Shown here: piece by piece, positions 1-9,032 of the stretch | Layout: each line of letters begins with the position of its first letter | How positions within the stretch are numbered: position 1 is the stretch's first letter | From: an uncultured bacterium | Lineage (GTDB): Bacteria; Patescibacteriota; Minisyncoccia; Phycocordibacterales; UBA6065 | Length of the DNA: 64,000 nt | NCBI GenBank assembly: GCA_963841935.1 | Contig: CAWJEP010000001.1 | Location: forward strand, 74,487 to 138,486 | Direction of reading: 5' to 3' | Notes under the pieces: model-generated | Seen by the model: only the letters and a program-made list of their open reading frames with translations | Databases searched by the model: none | Told to the model about the DNA's origin: nothing | Translations under genes and position numbers: made by a program

Positions 1-1035
1 GGACTAAAAACTCCTTCATTTGCAAAAGCGCCAAAAGGCGGGTTTGCTGGTGCGCAGAAAGCCAGAACGAAAGCAGAAAGGGAGAGGGCGGCGGAATTGT
101 ATGCAACGGATGCGGAAGAACTTACCGTGAAACAAGCTCAGGATCGTAAACGTGCTAGGGCGGAAATCAATACCGCTAATACCACAGGAGCACAAGCAAA
201 CGTGAGGAATCGTAACAGACTAGAGGCCAATATTACTGCTCTTGACGTAGACATAGCAAATTACTCAACACAAATAAACAACGCAAAAACGGCTGGCAAT
301 ACAGTCATGCAAACCCAGTTTGAGGCAGCAAAGAGAGACGCCGAGAAACGAAAAGAGGAAACACAAAAGGAAATCGAGCAAAAGAAGACCGATTACGAGA
401 GTATGGTGAAATCAGAGATTGACAGTATGGTCGAGCAAGAAGCGAAAACAAACACATCTCTAGCTTCAGCTCTTGAAGCAACACAGCGTCTCGAAAATTT
501 TGCTCGACATACCGAGGACGCTGTCGTCAAAAAGACATTCGCGGCGGCAGCAGGAGCTGTTGTTGGTGGTTTAGCAGCAAAGGGTACGTGGCAAAGGGTT
601 TCTAAAGAAAATAAAATCCTTGCCGACCAATTCCGAAAAGATAAAGAAACTAACTGGGCAAAGAATCAGAAGAGTATCAACGCTCTTGCGGCACAACTTG
701 CTGCAGCAACTGCTGGTTCAACACCTCCTCCTACGACCCCACCGCCTACTGGTGCCCCGTGTTGGGTAGCAGAGGTGCTCTACGGAGTTGATGACCAGAA
801 AACACACGCCGCTAGACTGTGGGCAGCAACAAACGATAATTGGTTTACAAGAACGTATAGGACTTATGGGCGATCCTGGGCAAAATTACTTATTACCAAT
901 GGATGGGCACAAATCATGGTTAAACCTGTGTGGAATATTATGGCAATGAAAGGCCGAGGGCTTGCCATAAAAATTAGAAACGGCCAAGCAGTGTTGGATG
1001 AAAGATTTGGTTACCTGTTGGAGAAAATAAAATAA
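1..1035 (+). CDS. hypothetical protein, 5'-truncated by the window edge; coiled-coil N-part, Pro/Thr linker (TPPPTTPPPTG) and a Trp-rich C-terminal domain
   Basis: Frame 1 is open from nt 1 with no upstream stop before the listed TTG at 97, so the gene probably starts outside the window. The stop TAA at 1033-1035 sits directly before the next gene. It is the first gene of the T4SS-like cluster. Confidence 0.45.
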   Translation, partial: GLKTPSFAKAPKGGFAGAQKARTKAERERAAELYATDAEELTVKQAQDRKRARAEINTANTTGAQANVRNRNRLEANITALDVDIANYSTQINNAKTAGNTVMQTQFEAAKRDAEKRKEETQKEIEQKKTDYESMVKSEIDSMVEQEAKTNTSLASALEATQRLENFARHTEDAVVKKTFAAAAGAVVGGLAAKGTWQRVSKENKILADQFRKDKETNWAKNQKSINALAAQLAAATAGSTPPPTTPPPTGAPCWVAEVLYGVDDQKTHAARLWAATNDNWFTRTYRTYGRSWAKLLITNGWAQIMVKPVWNIMAMKGRGLAIKIRNGQAVLDERFGYLLEKIK

Positions 1036-1036
1036 A

Positions 1037-1594
1037 ATGGATAATAACGCTACAAAAAAAATAAAAGAAAAATTCGACACGTTGCCAGACGATATAAAAA
1101 AAGCAATCAACGAGGCAAATCTTCCAGAGAGAGTAGAAAAAATCTCGAAGAAAAATGACCTACTTATAGACCAAACTAGTGATCTTTATATGGAAATATT
1201 TCTTGCGATGCTTGGGATTGAGCCGTTGGCCGACCTTACAAAAAACATTTCAAAAAATGTCGCTGTTTCCGCAGCAACGGCCTTAGCAATATCTAAAGAC
1301 GTAAACACGGAGATACTTCTACCGATAAGAGAATCCTTGGAGAAAATCCAACTGCCTCAGGAGGAAGATGTTACTGACGGAGAATCATCACAAATTCCCG
1401 AGCGCGACGAGATTCTCCGCGACATAGAAAATCCGCAGCCGGTAGCGGAAAGGGCGCCGATAATTGACCCGGAAAGGGAACTCGAGACAAGAGCCGCGGC
1501 GGAAACTTTCGTCGAAAGCAAAATCTCCGCTACAAAAGCACCTGCGGTGGAGAAAAAATATTCCGCCGACCCGTATCGCGAGCCGCTAAATTAA
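1037..1594 (+). CDS. hypothetical acidic protein (185 aa) in the T4SS-like cluster
   Basis: The ORF abuts the preceding and following genes by 1-2 nt, which is typical operon packing. I recognise no motif. Confidence 0.45.
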   Translation: MDNNATKKIKEKFDTLPDDIKKAINEANLPERVEKISKKNDLLIDQTSDLYMEIFLAMLGIEPLADLTKNISKNVAVSAATALAISKDVNTEILLPIRESLEKIQLPQEEDVTDGESSQIPERDEILRDIENPQPVAERAPIIDPERELETRAAAETFVESKISATKAPAVEKKYSADPYREPLN

Positions 1595-1595
1595 T

Positions 1596-2042
1596 ATGAG
1601 ATTTCAAGTACCGCAATTTATCGAGGTCGAGGACAAAATATTCGGACCGCTCACCTTCAAACAGTTCGCTTACCTCATCGGCGGCGCGGGACTTTGCTTC
1701 GTCATTTATCATTTCATCGACAACCTGTACATAAGCGTCATCTTTATGCTTCCGGTCGCCATACTCGCCGCCATGCTGGCTTTTTACAAATATAACAGTA
1801 AGCCATTCGTCGAGCTTGTGGAGTCCGCGTTCAAATATTTCTTTGGCAGTAAGCTTTACATTTGGAAAAAAGAAGAAAAGGCGCCGGTAGCGAGAAAACA
1901 GTCAGCGGCACGGACGGAAAGCGCGCCGGATTTGTTTATTCCGAAACTTTCTGACAGTAAACTAAAAGAGCTCACTTGGTCTCTGGATATTAAACAAGCG
2001 GAAAACCCCGTAACAGACACGAGCGGCGGAAGAAATGTCTGA
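1596..2042 (+). CDS. small two-TM membrane protein, VirB3-like position directly upstream of the VirB4-like ATPase
   Basis: There are two hydrophobic helices (FAYLIGGAGLCFVIYHF... and ISVIFMLPVAILAAMLAF). Size and position match VirB3/PrgI-type T4SS components. The gene ends with TGA followed 10 nt later by the next ATG. Confidence 0.4.
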   Translation: MRFQVPQFIEVEDKIFGPLTFKQFAYLIGGAGLCFVIYHFIDNLYISVIFMLPVAILAAMLAFYKYNSKPFVELVESAFKYFFGSKLYIWKKEEKAPVARKQSAARTESAPDLFIPKLSDSKLKELTWSLDIKQAENPVTDTSGGRNV

Positions 2043-2054
2043 TATAATTGCCAT

Positions 2055-4504
2055 ATGGCGACTCCCTCAAAGACAACGCAGGAATTCGTGCCGATAAAAG
2101 AGATCCGGCAGGGGGTCGTCATTCTCAAAGACGGTTCTTTGCGCTCTATTGTCATGTGTTCGTCGCTAAACTTCGCCTTGAAATCCGCCGACGAGCAGCA
2201 ATCCATAATTTTTCAATTCCAAAATTTCCTAAACTCGCTCGACTTTTCCATTCAGATTTTTATTCAATCGAGAAAACTCGATATTCGTCCGTACATCGCT
2301 CTTCTCGAGGGAAGAGAGAAGGAGCAATCCACGGACCTGATGAAAATCCAGACTCGCGAATACATAGAATTCATAAAAACATTCACGGAGTCCACGAACA
2401 TCATGACCAAGACGTTTTTTATCGTCGTGCCGTACGCCGCGCCGGTGGTCGAAGGCGGTTCCAGCGTGAAAAATATCTTTGGCAAGAAAAAAAATCAGAG
2501 CCAGACGGACGCCGAGACGGAGTTGGCTTCTTTCGAGGAACACAGGAGTCAACTCGAACAGAGAACCGGGGTCATAGACCAAGGGCTCACGCGTTGCGGC
2601 CTCCGCACCATCAATCTCGGCACGGAAGAAGTCGTCGAACTCTTCTATAAAATATTCAATCCGGGGGACACGGAAAAACCGATACCGATTTCATAAAATT
2701 ATGGCATTATTTTCAAAATTATTCGGAAAAAAAGACGACAGCGTGAAGATGGCGCCAATACTGCCCCAGGAAATATACGAGGCCGGCGTTCTCGAACTAA
2801 AAGATATCATCGCTCCGTCGGCGCTAAAGATTTCTCCGCGCGAACTTTCCCTAGGCGACAAAATCGTCAGAACTTTTTTCGTCATTTCGTATCCTCGTTT
2901 CCTTTCCGAGAGCTGGTTCGCGCCAATCATCAATCTCGACAAAGTTTTTAATGTTTCGATTTTCGTCCACCCCGTGGACACGGCGAAAGTTTTGAAACAA
3001 TTTCAGAAAAAAGTCGCCGAGGTCCAAAGTCAAATCTCCATCCGCGAACAAAAAGGTTTGGTGCGCGACCCAATGCTCGACACGGCTTATCAGGACCTCG
3101 AAAGCTTGCGCGACAGTCTGCAACAAGCACAGGAAAAATTGTTTGACGTCGGACTTTATATCACGATTTACGCTGACAGCGACCAAGAATTGGATAAAAC
3201 CGAATCGGAAATAAAATCAATCCTCGAGTCCAAGCTGGTCTACGTGAAACCGGCACTTTTCCAGCAGGAAGAAGGTTATATTTCCAACTTGCCAACGATG
3301 ACCGACGAACTGGCCGTGCATTCCAAACTTAACTCCTCGCCCCTTTCGTCGCTTTTTCCCTTCGTTTCATTCGATTTGACTTCGGACAAAGGAATCCTTT
3401 ACGGCATAAACAGACACAATTCTTCGCTCGTGCTTTTCGACAGATTTTCTCTTGGAAAACTACAACTCAATAACTTTCGCCAAATCCGGCGCGGGAAAAT
3501 CATACGCCACCAAACTTGAAATACTGCGCACGCTTATGTTTGATACCGATGTCATAGTCATCGACCCGGAAAGGGAATATGAATTTCTCTCCGAAGCGAC
3601 CGGCGGAAAATATTTCAACATTTCCCTAAATTCCGAACACCATATAAATCCTTTCGATTTGCCGATTGCGCGCGAAGACGAAAGTCCGGCCGATGTTTTG
3701 CGCTGAAACATCATAAATCTCGTCGGGCTTTTCCGCATTATGATGGGAGGACTTACTCCGGAGGAAGACGCGATTGTCGACCGAGCCATCACCGAGACTT
3801 ACGCTCTCAAAGACATCACGCCGGATTCGGATTTCAAAAATATCGAACCTCCGCTTCTCTCGGATTTCGAATTTGTTCTCGCCGGAATGGAGGGCGGAGA
3901 ATCATTAGTCCAGAGACTTTCAAAATATACCAAGGGCACATGGTCAGGATTTATAAATCGTCCGACAAACGTGGATATCGAGAGCAAGTTTATCGTCTTT
4001 TCCATCCGTGATATGGAAGACGAACTCAAGCCAGTCGCTATGTATATCGTCACGCATCATATTTGGAACGCCGTGAGAAAAAACTTGAAGAAAAGACTAA
4101 TGGTCGTCGATGAGGCATGGTGGATGATGAAATCCGAAGACACGGCGTCGTTTTTACTTTCTATAGCGAAACGCGGACGCAAATACTACCTTGGTCTAGC
4201 CACTATCACCCAAGATGTTGATGACTTCCTCAAGTCTCCATACGGCGTGCCGATTATCACCAACTCATCTATCCAGATACTTCTAAAGCAATCACCAACG
4301 TCCATAGACAAAATCCAGCAGACTTTCAACCTTACCGACGAGGAAAAGTATTTGCTTTTGGAATCTGACGTCGGCGAGGGAATATTTTTCGTGGGACTCA
4401 AGCATGTGGCCATTAAAATCATCGCCTCTTACACCGAAGACCAAATATTGACATCCGACCCGTCTCAAATATTGGCCATAAAAGAAGCCAAGAAAAATGC
4501 GTGA
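2055..4504 (+). pseudogene. virB4: VirB4/TrbE/TraC-like conjugative type IV secretion ATPase, broken into four ORF fragments (2055..2696, 2701..3519, 3452..3706, 3740..4504)
   Basis: Fragment 1 resembles Gram-positive VirB4 N-termini (VPIKEIRQGVVILKDGSLRSIVMCSSLNFALKSADEQ). Fragment 3 carries Walker A (FAKSGAGKSYAT). Fragment 4 carries Walker B (LMVVDEAWWMM) and the C-terminal region. The fragments sum to about 816 codons, matching VirB4 size. The breaks are TAA at 2694-2696 with a frame change, a +1 frame overlap at 3452-3519, and an in-frame TGA at 3704-3706. Confidence 0.6.
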
Positions 4505-4516
4505 TATAATTTTCAC

Positions 4517-5503
4517 ATGAAAACGCTCCGGTTTTTTCTCCTCTTCGTCTTTCTAGTGCCGATCTTTTCCTTCGCCCAAAGTATTCCGGGCATAGCCAAT
4601 CCAGTTTCTATCATTATGGAGCCGACTAATCCCGGACCAGGAGACACGGTGACTTTGTCAGCGCAAAGTTCTTCTTTCGATGTAAATTCCGCAACGCTTA
4701 CCTGGACGGCAAACGGTTCGGTGGTGGCAAAAGGCACCGGTCAAAAGACAATAACACTCTCCGCCGGAGGTTTGGGGAAGAAGACCGTCATCGGACTATC
4801 GGCGCAAGTGTCCGGTCTTGGAACTTTTACCGATTCGCTGACCATAAATCCGGCTTTGGTCGACTTGATTTGGGAAGCGCAAACATCCGTTCCACCTTTT
4901 TATCAAGGCAAGGCGCTTCTTGGTTGGGGAGCGACCTATAAAGTCGTTGCCGTACCGGAAGTTTACGAAAATGGCGCGGCTGTGAACCCATCGCATCTCG
5001 TCTACACGTGGAGTAAAAATTATTCCGTGGACGAAAACTCTTCCGGCTACGGAAAAAACGTCTATCAAAGCGACGGGTCGATAAATTATACCCGCGGCGG
5101 TGACGTTATAAGCGTCACCGCCGCGACCGTGGGCAGCGCGGCTACGGCCCAAGGCTCTGTCACTGTTTCTCCGGTATCTTCAGCAATGCTTATTTATCTT
5201 GAGAGTCCTATTTACGGAGTACTTTACAACCAATCACTCGCTCAAGCATCGCTATCCGGAGATTCCATCACCCTCCACGCCGAGCCGTTTTTCTTTTCCG
5301 ATATTTCTTCCGCCTTAAGCGCTCTCACGTGGACAATGAACGGCGCGGCTGTGCCGAATTTTACCGGCAATCCGTCGCTCACGCTTGTGAGGCAAGATAA
5401 AACTGCAGGTACAAGCGCTATCGTGGCTAATCTGAACAATCCTTACGCTCTACTTCAAGGCGCGCAAGAAAGCGTTACAATAAACACCAATGTTGAACAA
5501 TAA
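4517..5503 (+). CDS. secreted beta-rich protein with internal repeats (signal peptide MKTLRFFLLFVFLVPIFSFAQS)
   Basis: An N-terminal signal peptide is present. The repeated segments are TLTWTANGSVVAKGTGQKTITLSAGG and ALTWTMNGAAVPNFTGNPSLTLV. It lies inside the T4SS-like cluster, so it is possibly a surface or adhesin component. Confidence 0.55.
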   Translation: MKTLRFFLLFVFLVPIFSFAQSIPGIANPVSIIMEPTNPGPGDTVTLSAQSSSFDVNSATLTWTANGSVVAKGTGQKTITLSAGGLGKKTVIGLSAQVSGLGTFTDSLTINPALVDLIWEAQTSVPPFYQGKALLGWGATYKVVAVPEVYENGAAVNPSHLVYTWSKNYSVDENSSGYGKNVYQSDGSINYTRGGDVISVTAATVGSAATAQGSVTVSPVSSAMLIYLESPIYGVLYNQSLAQASLSGDSITLHAEPFFFSDISSALSALTWTMNGAAVPNFTGNPSLTLVRQDKTAGTSAIVANLNNPYALLQGAQESVTINTNVEQ

Positions 5504-6497
5504 ACATTTATACAAAATATTTTTTTCTGTGATGTTTTTCGCGATTTTGTCTGTGGATTTCTCTCATTTGGCTCACGCACAAAATACCTATAACTACCAA
5601 CCACTAGCAACAATTCCCTTGGGTAACGGGGGCACAAACCTCACCACTTCCGGACAAAACGTCGACCCGGCAACCTATGTTTCTGGTTTGTACACACTGG
5701 CGTTTGGCATCGCAATAATCATAGCTGTCGTTTCCGGTGTCTGGGCTGGAATCGAATGGATGCTTGGCGGAGACAACCCGTCGAAAATATCCAGTGCTAA
5801 AAATCGTCTCCAAAACGTCGGCTGGGGATTTCTCTTGCTTCTTTGTTCGTACACCATCCTCTATATAATCAACCCGCAATTAGTCACTTTTAATTTGGAC
5901 CTCGGTAGCGTAAATGCCGGCGCGCAAATATCCGCTGAAGAAGCTGAACAAAAAGCTACCCAAGCGGCTATCAACGCGCTTGCGACTACCGCAAACAACG
6001 CCGTTATACAATCTCAGTCAGATGCCGCGGCTGCTGCCACTGCGGCACAAGCGTTAGCGAGTTGTCTTGCTGCTAATAATAACAATGCAGCTAATTGTGC
6101 CACACAACAGACAGCGGCTAATCAAACACAAACAACATCCACCCAAAGCGCCGAAAAGACTACGGTAACTCAAGCGAACCTCATGGTCTCCAGCGACATC
6201 ACGCAAATCACAACTGATTTGAATAGCAATAATGGAAACGCCGTGGCAGATCTTCAAAAATTTCAAAGTGACTATAATGCGGCTCTAACAAAACTCCAAC
6301 AAGAACAAGTTGCTGCAAGTAATGCTGGAAACGTCGCCCTTGCGAACCAAATCACAAAAGATGGAATTGCTCTTGTCAGTTCAATAACTCAGAAATATGG
6401 TTGCACCCCATCACAACTTCAGGTAAGTAATCAACAACTTCAGCTGAATAATACGGCTAGTTATGGTGGAAACCAAACGATTGGTTGTAGTCAATAA
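5490..6497 (+). CDS. TrbC/VirB2-like pilin with a long Q/A/T/N-rich C-terminal extension
   Basis: It has a signal peptide followed by two hydrophobic helices separated by a short polar loop (GLYTLAFGIAIIIAVVSGVWAGIEWMLGGDNPSKISSAKNRLQNVGWGFLLLLCSYTILYII). This is the conjugative-pilin topology. After that comes about 200 aa of low-complexity Ala/Gln/Thr/Asn sequence. Confidence 0.45.
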   Translation: MLNNKHLYKIFFSVMFFAILSVDFSHLAHAQNTYNYQPLATIPLGNGGTNLTTSGQNVDPATYVSGLYTLAFGIAIIIAVVSGVWAGIEWMLGGDNPSKISSAKNRLQNVGWGFLLLLCSYTILYIINPQLVTFNLDLGSVNAGAQISAEEAEQKATQAAINALATTANNAVIQSQSDAAAAATAAQALASCLAANNNNAANCATQQTAANQTQTTSTQSAEKTTVTQANLMVSSDITQITTDLNSNNGNAVADLQKFQSDYNAALTKLQQEQVAASNAGNVALANQITKDGIALVSSITQKYGCTPSQLQVSNQQLQLNNTASYGGNQTIGCSQ

Positions 6498-6501
6498 ATT
6501 T

Positions 6502-7725
6502 ATGTCCAAAAAAAATCTAACGTGGACCGCAATAATAGTTCTCATAATTCTCGGCCTCACCGCCTGGTGGTTTTTCTCGCGTGAAAGTTCCGCCGTGCCG
6601 GCAAATCAGCCGACACAGACAAGTCAAAATCTTTTTCCTTACGGAACAAACTCTACTTCGTCGGTAAACAATACACAAACTAATCCCCAAGGGACGGTGG
6701 TTCTCGGTGGTTCGTCCGCGACTCCTCCTCCGGCGCTTATCCACATTACCACCGCGCCGGTATCAGGAATGATCTTCCTGCCGGAAACGGCAAGTTCATC
6801 GGTAACACTTAGATATATAGACAGGGCTACGGGACATATATACGACTATTCATTCGGCACCGGTACGTCCACGGAGACTACGGAGACCACCGTTCCGAAA
6901 GTCTATAACGGAATTTTTTCAAATAACGGCACTCGTGTTTTGTTACAAACATTGGGGACGAGTAATCAAATAGAGACGATAACTGGTAGTATAGCCGAAA
7001 CAAATACCGGTCCGGTGGCACTGGAAAACGTTACGTTTTTGCCGACGAACGCCGTATCCATCGCGGTGAACGGTCCGTCGCTTTTTTACCTCGTATCCGT
7101 CTCGAGTGGCTCGCTCGGATACTTGAGCGCCTTGGACGGAACTAAGCCGTCGCAAATTTTTAACTCCGCGCTAAATGAGTTTATATCAAAATGGCAGGGA
7201 ACAAATCTGACACTTCAAACAAAAGACAGTGCCTCCGTCGGCGGATATTTCTTCGACCTAAACACAAAAACCGGCGCGCTTGTCCCGATCCTAAATAATA
7301 TATCGGGATTAACAGCGCTGGAAAATCCTGCGGGAACTTTTGTTTTTGGTTCGGCTTCGAACGGGGGTGTATTGCAGTCATTCATGTATGACGAGAAATC
7401 CGGTTCGGCACGGACGATACCCCTCTCGACGCTCGCGGACAAATGCGTGTGGAGTGACACCGATCCAAACTCTCTTTACTGCGCCGTGCCGACATCATTG
7501 TCGGGAACTTTGCCGGATGACTGGTATCAAGGTAACGTCTTCTTGCCTGACAACAATATTTGGAAAATAACCGCCGACACCGGGGTGACGAACGTTGTTG
7601 ACTTTCTTTCGGAAAGAAACGCGAACATAGACGCGGAGAACCTTGTTCTAGACGGCAAGGGAACTTGGCTCGCTTTTATGAATAAAGAGGACCTCACACT
7701 ATGGGCTCTGCGGATTTCGGAATAA
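6502..7725 (+). CDS. membrane-anchored extracellular protein (N-terminal TM, Ser/Thr-rich linker, large exported domain)
   Basis: The start is taken at ATG 6502 just after the preceding stop (the listed ORF begins at 6463). The TM segment is TWTAIIVLIILGLTAWWFF. It is the last gene of the T4SS-like cluster and its 3' end overlaps yidC convergently. Confidence 0.55.
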   Translation: MSKKNLTWTAIIVLIILGLTAWWFFSRESSAVPANQPTQTSQNLFPYGTNSTSSVNNTQTNPQGTVVLGGSSATPPPALIHITTAPVSGMIFLPETASSSVTLRYIDRATGHIYDYSFGTGTSTETTETTVPKVYNGIFSNNGTRVLLQTLGTSNQIETITGSIAETNTGPVALENVTFLPTNAVSIAVNGPSLFYLVSVSSGSLGYLSALDGTKPSQIFNSALNEFISKWQGTNLTLQTKDSASVGGYFFDLNTKTGALVPILNNISGLTALENPAGTFVFGSASNGGVLQSFMYDEKSGSARTIPLSTLADKCVWSDTDPNSLYCAVPTSLSGTLPDDWYQGNVFLPDNNIWKITADTGVTNVVDFLSERNANIDAENLVLDGKGTWLAFMNKEDLTLWALRISE

Positions 7726-8458
7726 GAGCGTTGGGATTTTTCTTAATCTGACGCCTGACAAAAAATTCCTGACCTATCATAAACAGGTTACTGACCGTCC
7801 AATATATGGCGACGACTCCGGTCGTGGAGTAAGCGATGAAAAAAATTACCACCGGCATCACGTATTTCATTTGGAGCGTCATATTTCTGGCAAAACTGTC
7901 GCTCATGGATTCTTTGCCGTCTTTTTTCGCCGGAGTGGGAGGAATCACAAGCTTCGCTTGAAAATATTGCGAAACGGCGGCAAGAAAAGCCAAGATGTAG
8001 CTCTTTTGCGTAACATCAAAAAATCCCAAAAAAATCGCGCTGGTGACGTGGGTCGGCATAGGTACGAACGGATAGAGAATGGCGGCGTCTATGTGTGTGA
8101 AACCCGCGAATAAAAATATCCTGTAAAGGGCGATAAGTATCGGCAATTGAATCAAGAGAAGTAAAACGCTGGCGAAAGGGTTGAGTTTGTATTTTTTATA
8201 AAGGGCGAATGTCTCGAGAGACTGTTTTTGTTTGTCGTTTTTATATTTTTCCTTTATCTTTTCCATTTCCGGATTTAGTTCGCGCATCAGGGCCTGAGTG
8301 CGCACGGATTTTTTCGCCAAAGGAAAAAGTACTAATCTGATAATCACCGTGAAAATCATGATTATCACTCCAGCGTCGAAGAACGGCAAAGCGTCAATCA
8401 AGAGGACGAACGCGTTGTAGAGGGGATAGAAAACGAATGTGTGGTATATGAATGTCAT
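7694..8458 (-). CDS. yidC: membrane protein insertase YidC (short Gram-positive type)
   Basis: It shows a multi-TM YidC/Oxa1 pattern (PLAKKSVRTQALMRELNPEMEKIKEKYKND... LLLLIQLPILIALY). It is in the conserved rpmH-rnpA-yidC arrangement, with a 4-nt overlap with rnpA. Confidence 0.85.
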   Translation of the reverse strand: MTFIYHTFVFYPLYNAFVLLIDALPFFDAGVIIMIFTVIIRLVLFPLAKKSVRTQALMRELNPEMEKIKEKYKNDKQKQSLETFALYKKYKLNPFASVLLLLIQLPILIALYRIFLFAGFTHIDAAILYPFVPMPTHVTSAIFLGFFDVTQKSYILAFLAAVSQYFQAKLVIPPTPAKKDGKESMSDSFARNMTLQMKYVMPVVIFFIAYSTTGVVAIYWTVSNLFMIGQEFFVRRQIKKNPNALIPKSAEPIV

Positions 8459-8787
8459 TTTGATATGTTAACACGAAGAAGGAGACTCTCTATGTCTCTT
8501 TTTAAAGTTTCAAAAGGGATTTTTACGATTTCTTTCTTCGGTAGGAAAACAATGTGGATGTTTGGCGGGTATTTTTTTATTTCCGACAAAGCGGAGTAGA
8601 CGCGGCGGCGGATTTTATTCCTATCCGAAGCATTCTTCATAATCTTTTTCGATATACTCACACCGAAAGCAGTCCTGCCTGACGAAATACAAAAAATCAT
8701 AGAAATAACCGACGACGTGCGACGGGCGCCTTTCTCAAAAACCTCTTTGACCTCTCTAAATCTGAGTCGGTCTATTGATGGAAGCAT
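8455..8787 (-). CDS. rnpA: ribonuclease P protein component
   Basis: It is a 110-aa basic protein sitting between rpmH and yidC. The RnpA-like motif is KKIMKNASDRNKIRRRVYSAL. Confidence 0.8.
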   Translation of the reverse strand: MLPSIDRLRFREVKEVFEKGARRTSSVISMIFCISSGRTAFGVSISKKIMKNASDRNKIRRRVYSALSEIKKYPPNIHIVFLPKKEIVKIPFETLKRDIESLLLRVNISK

Positions 8788-8790
8788 TTT

Positions 8791-8925
8791 TTAAGCTGAC
8801 AAACGCTTTCTGCCTTTGTGCATTCGTCTTTTTATCATCGCCCTACCTTTGGCGGTTTTTGTTCTCGTAAAAAATCCGTGCGTTCGAGCTCTTTTTCTTT
8901 TATTCGGTTTGTGGACTATTGCCAT
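8791..8925 (-). CDS. rpmH: 50S ribosomal protein L34
   Basis: It is below the ORF-track size cutoff. The hand translation is MAIVHKPNKRKRARTHGFFTRTKTAKGRAMIKRRMHKGRKRLSA, a classic L34. The stop TAA lies 3 nt upstream of the rnpA start. Confidence 0.85.
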   Translation of the reverse strand: MAIVHKPNKRKRARTHGFFTRTKTAKGRAMIKRRMHKGRKRLSA

Positions 8926-9032
8926 AAAATATTTTCTTGAAAATTATTAACAACTTGTTCACATATTATTAACATAGTATGCGGTTCAAGACAAGTTCTA
9001 AAATGCTTTTGCGCGTATATACTTACAAAACA
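8926..9032. promoter_or_regulatory. AT-rich rpmH<>dnaA intergenic region; candidate oriC/dnaA promoter region with degenerate DnaA-box-like 9-mers (TTGTTCACA)
   Basis: It is the divergent intergenic region between rpmH and dnaA. It is AT-rich and contains a TTGTTCACA 9-mer and a TGTGGACTA reverse match. DnaA boxes were assessed by eye only. Confidence 0.35.

Larger units (their letters stand above)
1..7725. mobile_element. putative decayed conjugative / type IV secretion-like gene cluster (VirB3-like, fragmented VirB4, VirB2-like pilin, surface proteins)
   Basis: The gene content is co-directional on the + strand. The VirB4 ATPase is inactivated by several lesions. No relaxase or integrase is visible inside the window. 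The boundary at the yidC side is inferred. Confidence 0.3.

Noticed and set aside
2048-2650. 200-aa Arg/His-rich ORF overlapping the VirB4 N-terminal fragment in another frame.
   Set aside because: It is a low-complexity basic translation of the out-of-frame strand. The co-located frame has clear VirB4 N-terminal homology.
3704-3706. An in-frame TGA inside the VirB4-like gene could indicate an alternative genetic code (TGA=Gly or Trp, as in some CPR lineages or mycoplasmas).
   Set aside because: Other genes clearly terminate at TGA. For example, 1596..2042 ends TGA with the next ATG 10 nt downstream. The same gene also carries a TAA and a frameshift, so decay or error is the simpler explanation.
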